Below, in pieces: positions 55,501 through 64,000 of a stretch of 64,000 nt of DNA. The translations under genes and the position numbers were made by a program. The notes under the pieces are model-generated. The model ran no database searches. It was given only the letters and a program-made list of their open reading frames with translations, and had not been told where the DNA came from. The first letter of the stretch is position 1. Every line of letters begins with the position of its first letter. Source of the stretch: Eledone cirrhosa (taxonomy: Eukaryota); NCBI GenBank assembly GCA_964016885.1, contig OZ024745.1, forward strand, positions 8,308,001-8,372,000. Direction: 5' to 3'.

Positions 55501-58500
55501 GATGTGTCAAGAGATTCTGACAGTAATGTCTACCATATAGGTGGTGCCAGATGTACAATAACATGTGGATGGGATGTGTCAAGAGTTTCTGACAGTAATA
55601 TCTACCATATAGGTGGTGCCAGGTGTACAATAACATGTGGAGGTGTGTCAAGAGTTTCTGACAGTAATATCTACCATATAGGTGGTGCCAGGTGTACAAT
55701 AACATGTGGAGGTGTGTCAAGAGTTTCTGACAGTAATATCTACCATATAGGTGGTGCCAGGTGTACAATAACATGAGGAGGGGATATGTCAAGAGTTTCT
55801 GACAGTAATGTCTACCATATAGGTGGTGCCAGGTGTACAATAACATGTGGAGGGGATATGTCAAGAGTTTCTGACAGTAATGTCTACCATATAGGTGGTG
55901 CCAGATGTACAATAACATGTGGATGGGATGTGTCAAGAGTTTCCGACAGTAATGTCTACCATATAGGTGGTGCCAGATGTACAATAACATGTGGATGGGA
56001 TGTGTCAAGAGTTTCTGACAGTAATATCTACCATATAGGTGGTGCCAGGTGTACAATAACATGTGGAGGTGTGTCAAGAGTTTCTGACAGTAATATCTAC
56101 CATATAGGTGGTGCCAGGTGTACAATAACATGTGGAGGTGTGTCAAGAGTTTCTGACAGTAATGTCTACCATATAGGTGGTGCCAGGTGTACAATAACAT
56201 GTGGAGGTGTGTCAAGAGTTTCTGACAGTAATATCTACCATATAGTTGGTGCCAGGTGTACAATAACATGTGGAGGTGTGTCAAGAGTTTCTGGCAGTAA
56301 TATCTACCATATAGGTGGTGCCAGGTGTACAATAACATGTGGAGGTGTGTCAAGAGTTTATGACAGTAATATCTACCATATAGTCGGTGCCAGGTGTACA
56401 ATAACATGTGGAGGTGTGTCAAGAGTTTCTGACAGTAATATCTACCATATAGGTGGTGCCAGGTGTACAATAACATGTGGATGGGATGTGTCAAGAGTTT
56501 CTGACAGTAATATCTACCATATAGGTGGTGCCAGGTGTACAATAACATGTGGAGGTGTGTCAAGAGTTTCTGACAGTAATGTCTACCATATAGGTGGTGC
56601 CAGATGTACAATAACATGTGGAGGAGGTGTGTCAAGAGTTTCTGACAGTAATATCTACCATATAGGTGGTGCCAGATGTACAATAACATGTGGAGGATGT
56701 GTGTCAAGAGTTTCTGACAGTAATGTCTACCATATAGGTGGTGCCAGATGTACAATAACATGTGGAGGAGGTGTGTCAAGAGTTTCTGACAGTAATATCT
56801 ACCATATAGGTGGTGCCAGGTGTACAATAACATGTGGAGGAGGTGTGTCAAGAGTTTCTGACAGTAATATCTACCATATAGGTGGTGCCAGGTGTACAAT
56901 AACATGTGGAGGAGGTGTGTCAAGAGTTTCTGACAGTAATATCTACCATATAGGTGGTGCCAGGTGTACAATAACATGTGGAGGAGGTGTGTCAAGAGTT
57001 TCTGACAGTAATATCTACCATATAGGTGGTGCCAGGTGTACAATAACATGTGGAGGAGGTGTGTCAAGAGTTTCTGACAGTAATATCTACCATATAGGTG
57101 GTGCCAGGTGTACAATAACATGTGGAGGTGTGTCAAGAGTTTCTGACAGTAATGTCTACCATATAGGTGGTACCAGGTGTACAATAACATGTGGAGGTGT
57201 GTCAAGAGTTTCTGACAGTAATGTCTACCATATAGGTGGTGCCAGGTGTACAATAACATGTGGAGGGGATATGTCAAGAGTTTCTGACAGTAATGTCTAC
57301 CATATAGGTGGTGCCAGGTGTACAATAACATGTGGAGGGGATATGTCAAGAGTTTCTGACAGTAATATCTACCATATAGGTGGTGCCAGACGTACAATAA
57401 CATGTGGAGGTGTGTCAAGAGTTTCTGACAGTAATGTCTACCATATAGGTGGTGCCAGATGTACAATAACATGTGGATGGGATGTGTCAAGAGTTTCTGA
57501 CAGTAATGTCTACCATATAGGTGGTGCCAGATGTACAATAACATGTGGATGGGATATGTCAAGAGTTTCTGACAGTAATGTCTACCATATAGGTGGTGCC
57601 AGATGTACAATAACATGTGGAAGGGATATGTCAAGAGTTTCTGACAGTAATGTCTACCATATAGTTGGTGCCAGATGTACAATAACATGTGGATGGGATA
57701 TGTCAAGAGTTTCTGACAGTAATGTCTACCATATAGGTGGTGCCAGATGTACAATAACATGTGGATGGGATGTGTCAAGAGTTTCTGACAGTAATGTCTA
57801 CCATATAGGTGGTGCCAGGTGTACAATAACATGTGGAGGTGTGTCAAGAGTTTCTGACAGTAATATCTACCATATAGGTGGTGCCAGGTGTACAATAACA
57901 TGTGGAGGTGTGTCAAGAGTTTCTGACAGTAATATCTACCATATAGTTGGTGCCAGGTGTACAATAACATGTGGGGGTGTGTCAAGAGTTTCTGGCAGTA
58001 ATATCTACCATATAGGTGGTGCCAGGTGTACAATAACATGTGGAGGTGTGTCAAGAGTTTCTGACAGTAATGTCTACCATATAGGTGGTACCAGGTGTAC
58101 AATAACATGTTGAGGTGTGTCAAGAGTTTCTGACAGTAATGTCTACCATATAGGTGGTGCCAGGTGTACAATAACATGTGGAGGGGATATGTCAAGAGTT
58201 TCTGACAGTAATGTCTACCATATAGGTGGTGCCAGGTGTACAATAACATGTGGAGGGGATATGTCAAGAGTTTCTGACAGTAATATCTACCATATAGGTG
58301 GTGCCAGACGTACAATAACATGTGGAGGTGTGTCAAGAGTTTCTGACAGTAATGTCTACCATATAGGTGGTGCCAGATGTACAATAACATGTGGATGGGA
58401 TGTGTCAAGAGTTTCTGACAGTAATGTCTACCATATAGGTGGTGCCAGGTGTACAATAACATGTGGAGGTGTGTCAAGAGTTTCTGACAGTAATATCTAC

Positions 58501-61500
58501 CATATAGGTGGTGCCAGGTGTACAATAACATGTGGAGGTGTGTCAAGAGTTTCTGACAGTAATATCTACCATATAGTTGGTGCCAGGTGTACAATAACAT
58601 GTGGAGGTGTGTCAAGAGTTTCTGGCAGTAATATCTACCATATAGGTGGTGCCAGGTGTACAATAACATGTGGAGGTGTGTCAAGAGTTTATGACAGTAA
58701 TATCTACCATATAGTCGGTGCCAGGTGTACAATAACATGTGGAGGTGTGTCAAGAGTTTCTGACAGTAATATCTACCATATAGGTGGTGCCAGGTGTACA
58801 ATAACATATGGAGGAGGTGTGTCAAGAGTTTCTGACAGTAATATCTACCATATAGGTGGTGCCAGGTGTACAATAACATGTGGAGGAGGTGTGTCAAGAG
58901 TTTCTGACAGTAATATCTACCATATAGGTGGTGCCAGGTGTACAATAACATGTGGAGGAGGTGTGTCAAGAGTTTCTGACAGTAATATCTACCATATAGG
59001 TGGTGCCAGGTGTACAATAACATTTGGAGGAGGTGTGTCAAGAGTTTCTGACAGTAATATCTACCATATAGGTGGTGCCAGGTGTACAATAACATGTGGA
59101 GGTGTGTCAAGAGTTTCTGACAGTAATGTCTACCATATAGGTGGTACCAGGTGTACAATAACATGTGGAGGTGTGTCAAGAGTTTCTGACAGTAATGTCT
59201 ACCATATAGGTGGTGCCAGGTGTACAATAACATGTGGAGGGGATATGTCAAGAGTTTCTGACAGTAATGTCTACCATATAGGTGGTGCCAGGTGTACAAT
59301 AACATGTGGAGGGGATATGTCAAGAGTTTCTGACAGTAATATCTACCATATAGGTGGTGCCAGACGTACAATAACATGTGGAGGTGTGTCGAGAGTTTCT
59401 GACAGTAATGTCTACCATATAGGTGGTGCCAGATGTACAATAACATGTGGATGGGATGTGTCAAGAGTTTCTGACAGTAATGTCTACCATATAGGTGGTG
59501 CCAGATGTACAATAACATGTGGATGGGATATGTCAAGAGTTTCTGACAGTAATGTCTACCATATAGGTGGTGCCAGATGTACAATAACATGTGGATGGGA
59601 TGTGTCAAGAGTTTCTGACAGTAATGTCTACCATATAGGTGGTGCCAGGTGTACAATAACATGTGGAGGTGTGTCAAGAGTTTCTGACAGTAATATCTAC
59701 CATATAGGTGGTGCCAGGTGTACAATAACATGTGGAGGTGTGTCAAGAGTTTCTGACAGTAATGTCTACCATATAGGTGGTGCCAGGTGTACAATAACAT
59801 GTGGAGGTGTGTCAAGAGTTTCTGACAGTAATATCTACCATATAGTTGGTGCCAGGTGTACAATAACATGTGGAGGTGTGTCAAGAGTTTCTGGCAGTAA
59901 TATCTACCATATAGGGGGTGCCAGGTGTACAATAACATGTGGAGGTGTGTCAAGAGTTTATGACAGTAATATCTACCATATAGTCGGTGCCAGGTGTACA
60001 ATAACATGTGGAGGTGTGTCAAGAGTTTCTGACAGTAATATCTACCATATAGGTGGTGCCAGGTGTACAATAACATGTGGATGGGATGTGTCAAGAGTTT
60101 CTGACAGTAATATCTACCATATAGGTGGTGCCAGGTGTACAATAACATGTGGAGGTGTGTCAAGAGTTTCTGACAGTAATGTCTACCATATAGGTGGTGC
60201 CAGATGTACAATAACATGTGGAGGAGGTGTGTCAAGAGTTTCTGACAGTAATATCTACCATATAGGTGGTGCCAGATGTACAATAACATGTGGAGGATGT
60301 GTGTCAAGAGTTTCTGACAGTAATGTCTACCATATAGGTGGTGCCAGATGTACAATAACATGTGGAGGACGTGTGTCAAGAGTTTCTGACAGTAATATCT
60401 ACCATATAGGTGGTGCCAGGTGTACAATAACATGTGGAGGAGGTGTGTCAAGAGTTTCTGACAGTAATATCTACCATATAGGTGGTGCCAGGTGTACAAT
60501 AACATGTGGAGGAGGTGTGTCAAGAGTTTCTGACAGTAATATCTACCATATAGGTGGTGCCAGGTGTACAATAACATGTGGAGGAGGTGTGTCAAGAGTT
60601 TCTGACAGTAATATCTACCATATAGGTGGTGCCAGGTGTACAATAACATGTGGAGGAGGTGTGTCAAGAGTTTCTGACAGTAATATCTACCATATAGGTG
60701 GTGCCAGGTGTACAATAACATGTGGAGGTGTGTCAAGAGTTTCTGACAGTAATGTCTACCATATAGGTGGTACCAGGTGTACAATAACATGTGGAGGTGT
60801 GTCAAGAGTTTCTGACAGTAATGTCTACCATATAGGTGGTGCCAGGTGTACAATAACATGTGGAGGGGATATGTCAAGAGTTTCTGACAGTAATGTCTAC
60901 CATATAGGTGGTGCCAGGTGTACAATAACATGTGGAGGGGATATGTCAAGAGTTTCTGACAGTAATATCTACCATATAGGTGGTGCCAGACGTACAATAA
61001 CATGTGGAGGTGTGTCAAGAGTTTCTGACAGTAATGTCTACCATATAGGTGGTGCCAGATGTACAATAACATGTGGATGGGATATGTCAAGAGTTTCTGA
61101 CAGTAATGTCTACCATATAGGTGGTGCCAGGTGTACAATAACATGTGGAGGGGATATGTCAAGAGTTTCTGACAGTAATATCTACCATATAGGTGGTGCC
61201 AGACGTACAATAACATGTGGAGGTGTGTCAAGAGTTTCTGACAGTAATGTCTACCATATAGGTGGTGCCAGATGTACAATAACATGTGGATGGGATGTGT
61301 CAAGAGTTTCTGACAGTAATGTCTACCATATAGGTGGTGCCAGGTGTACAATAACATGTGGAGGTGTGTCAAGAGTTTCTGACAGTAATATCTACCATAT
61401 AGGTGGTGCCAGGTGTACAATAACATGTGGAGGTGTGTCAAGAGTTTATGACAGTAATATCTACCATATAGTCGGTGCCAGGTGTACAATAACATGTGGA

Positions 61501-64000
61501 GGTGTGTCAAGAGTTTCTGACAGTAATATCTACCATATAGGTGGTGCCAGGTGTACAATAACATGTGGATGGGATGTGTCAAGAGTTTCTGACAGTAATA
61601 TCTACCATATAGGTGGTGCCAGGTGTACAATAACATGTGGAGGTGTGTCAAGAGTTTCTGACAGTAATGTCTACCATATAGGTGGTGCCAGATGTACAAT
61701 AACATGTGGAGGAGGTGTGTCAAGAGTTTCTGACAGTAATATCTACCATATAGGTGGTGCCAGATGTACAATAACATGTGGAGGATGTGTGTCAAGAGTT
61801 TCTGACAGTAATGTCTACCATATAGGTGGTGCCAGATGTACAATAACATGTGGAGGAGGTGTGTCAAGAGTTTCTGACAGTAATATCTACCATATAGGTG
61901 GTGCCAGGTGTACAATAACATGTGGAGGAGGTGTGTCAAGAGTTTCTGACAGTAATATCTACCATATAGGTGGTGCCAGGTGTACAATAACATGTGGAGG
62001 AGGTGTGTCAAGAGTTTCTGACAGTAATATCTACCATATAGGTGGTGCCAGGTGTACAATAACATGTGGAGGAGGTGTGTCAAGAGTTTCTGACAGTAAT
62101 ATCTACCATATAGGTGGTGCCAGGTGTACAATAACATGTGGAGGAGGTGTGTCAAGAGTTTCTGACAGTAATATCTACCATATAGGTGGTGCCAGGTGTA
62201 CAATAACATGTGGAGGTGTGTCAAGAGTTTCTGACAGTAATGTCTACCATATAGGTGGTACCAGGTGTACAATAACATGTGGAGGTGTGTCAAGAGTTTC
62301 TGACAGTAATGTCTACCATATAGGTGGTGCCAGGTGTACAATAACATGTGGAGGGGATATGTCAAGAGTTTCTGACAGTAATGTCTACCATATAGGTGGT
62401 GCCAGGTGTACAATAACATGTGGAGGGGATATGTCAAGAGTTTCTGACAGTAATATCTACCATATAGGTGGTGCCAGACGTACAATAACATGTGGAGGTG
62501 TGTCAAGAGTTTCTGACAGTAATGTCTACCATATAGGTGGTGCCAGATGTACAATAACATGTGGATGGGATATGTCAAGAGTTTCTGACAGTAATGTCTA
62601 CCATATAGGTGGTGCCAGGTGTACAATAACATGTGGAGGGGATATGTCAAGAGTTTCTGACAGTAATATCTACCATATAGGTGGTGCCAGACGTACAATA
62701 ACATGTGGAGGTGTGTCAAGAGTTTCTGACAGTAATGTCTACCATATAGGTGGTGCCAGATGTACAATAACATGTGGATGGGATGTGTCAAGAGTTTCTG
62801 ACAGTAATGTCTACCATATAGGTGGTGCCAGGTGTACAATAACATGTGGAGGTGTGTCAAGAGTTTCTGACAGTAATATCTACCATATAGGTGGTGCCAG
62901 GTGTACAATAACATGTGGAGGTGTGTCAAGAGTTTCTGACAGTAATATCTACCATATAGTTGGTGCCAGGTGTACAATAACATGTGGAGGTGTGTCAAGA
63001 GTTTCTGGCAGTAATATCTACCATATAGGTGGTGCCAGGTGTACAATAACATGTGGAGGTGTGTCAAGAGTTTATGACAGTAATATCTACCATATAGTCG
63101 GTGCCAGGTGTACAATAACATGTGGAGGTGTGTCAAGAGTTTCTGACAGTAATATCTACCATATAGGTGGTGCCAGGTGTACAATAACATGTGGAGGAGG
63201 TGTGTCAAGAGTTTCTGACAGTAATATCTACCATATAGGTGGTGCCAGGTGTACAATAACATGTGGAGGAGGTGTGTCAAGAGTTTCTGACAGTAATATC
63301 TACCATATAGGTGGTGCCAGGTGTACAATAACATGTGGAGGAGGTGTGTCAAGAGTTTCTGACAGTAATATCTACCATATAGGTGGTGCCAGGTGTACAA
63401 TAACATTTGGAGGAGGTGTGTCAAGAGTTTCTGACAGTAATATCTACCATATAGGTGGTGCCAGGTGTACAATAACATGTGGAGGTGTGTCAAGAGTTTC
63501 TGACAGTAATGTCTACCATATAGGTGGTACCAGGTGTACAATAACATGTGGAGGTGTGTCAAGAGTTTCTGACAGTAATGTCTACCATATAGGTGGTGCC
63601 AGGTGTACAATAACATGTGGAGGGGATATGTCAAGAGTTTCTGACAGTAATATCTACCATATAGGTGGTGCCAGACGTACAATAACATGTGGAGGTGTGT
63701 CAAGAGTTTCTGACAGTAATGTCTACCATATAGGTGGTGCCAGATGTACAATAACATGTGGATGGGATGTGTCAAGAGTTTCTGACAGTAATGTCTACCA
63801 TATAGGTGGTGCCAGATGTACAATAACATGTGGATGGGATATGTCAAGAGTTTCTGACAGTAATGTCTACCATATAGGTGGTGCCAGATGTACAATAACA
63901 TGTGGATGGGATGTGTCAAGAGTTTCTGACAGTAATGACTACCATATAGGTGGTGCCAGGTGTACAATAACATGTGGAGGTGTGTCAAGAGTTTCTGACA
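52600..64000 (+). repeat. Array domain C (rich in 69-bp monomers), interleaved with domain B between ~52.6 and 56 kb
   Basis: Markers: TAGTTGGT, TAGTCGGT, AGACGTAC, GGAGGATGTG and CATTTGG, plus enrichment of GGTACCAGG, TCTGGCAG and TTTATGAC. There are long runs of 69-bp monomers. The ACATGAGG and CATATATGTGG markers are absent after ~55.8 kb. Confidence 0.75.
56050..61080 (+). repeat. ~1.4-kb block repeated at offset 3600 in domain C, with a further partial copy 1488 bp later
   Basis: The lines from 56101 to 57421 match those from 59701 to 61021 in register apart from isolated SNPs. GGAGGATGTG occurs at ~56692, 60292 and 61780. Confidence 0.75.

Larger units (their letters stand above)
17400..55800 (+). 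repeat. Array domain B, built from a degenerate ~18-19-monomer (~1.28-1.35 kb) higher-order repeat
   Basis: An ordered marker series recurs: CATATATGTGG, then AGAGATTCTG, GTACGATAAC, AGTATCTG, ACATGAGG, GGTGATGCC and TTTCCGAC. Spacings of the ACATGAGG marker include 1353 bp (18948-20301, 21579-22932, 35915-37268, 42100-43453, 49082-50435) and 1278 bp (20301-21579, 37268-38546). 1353 = 14x72+5x69. Confidence 0.8.
1..64000 (+). repeat. Tandem satellite/minisatellite array with a 72-bp (and 69-bp variant) monomer, about 900 copies in a single orientation, extending beyond both window edges
   Basis: The same unit recurs across the whole window (e.g. the 69-bp copy at 161-229 and the 72-bp copy at 728-799). 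Copies differ mainly at three dimorphic positions plus the G-rich junction. Copy number is estimated as 64000/~71. Confidence 0.99.

Noticed and set aside
161-58113. Annotating the dozens of + strand ORFs as separate CDSs
   Set aside because: All are the same repeat frame cut by amplified stop or frameshift variants. None has a unique domain, signal peptide or evidence of purifying selection.
54149-63988. Giant His/Cys-rich minus-strand proteins (zinc-finger-like or metal-binding)
   Set aside because: The unit has only one Cys and no C2H2 spacing or TGEKP linker, and its period is 72/69 bp rather than 84 bp. The ORFs start and stop at arbitrary SNPs.
1-64000. CRISPR array or other guide-RNA array (palindromic repeat with ~70-bp period)
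   Set aside because: There are no unique spacers. The variable segment is only 3-9 bp with about six recurring alleles, and no cas or other gene is present in the window.
1-64000. tRNA, 5S rRNA or snRNA tandem gene cluster (72 bp is tRNA-sized)
   Set aside because: I found no cloverleaf, acceptor stem, GTTCRA B-box, oligo-T terminator or intergenic spacer.
1-64000. Pure sequencing artefact (rolling-circle concatemer of one small template)
   Set aside because: Hierarchically shared private SNPs and a shared indel define consistent nested duplications and domains, which repeated copying of one template would not produce. Local misassembly remains possible.

Overview
The whole 64 kb window is one uninterrupted, head-to-tail tandem array (satellite or very large minisatellite) of roughly 900 copies of a 72/69-bp monomer: RTGTCAAGAGTTTCTGACAGTAATRTCTACCATATAGGTGGTGCCAGRTGTACAATAACATGTGGA followed by a variable junction (GGT | GGAGGT | GGGGAT | TGGGAT). 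It is about 42% GC, has no CpG in the consensus, and has G about twice C on the + strand. I found no unique sequence, recognisable gene, transposon, inversion or CRISPR spacer, and the array runs off both ends of the window. The long ORFs on both strands are most likely by-products of a stop-free monomer whose lengths are multiples of 3, because stops and frameshifts have been amplified along with the array. The real structure is higher-order. Monomer variants form a digital code. Private SNPs define three domains (A ~1-17.4 kb, B ~17.4-55.8 kb, C ~52.6-64 kb). Nested duplications have offsets of 141, 1146, 1353/1278, 2847, 3137, ~3500, 3600 and ~7000-7500 bp. The two flanking domains share a monomer order that the central domain lacks, which suggests layered expansion. 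The organism cannot be determined from this sequence; a eukaryotic satellite is the simplest reading. All counts and offsets were read by eye or taken from the ORF track.
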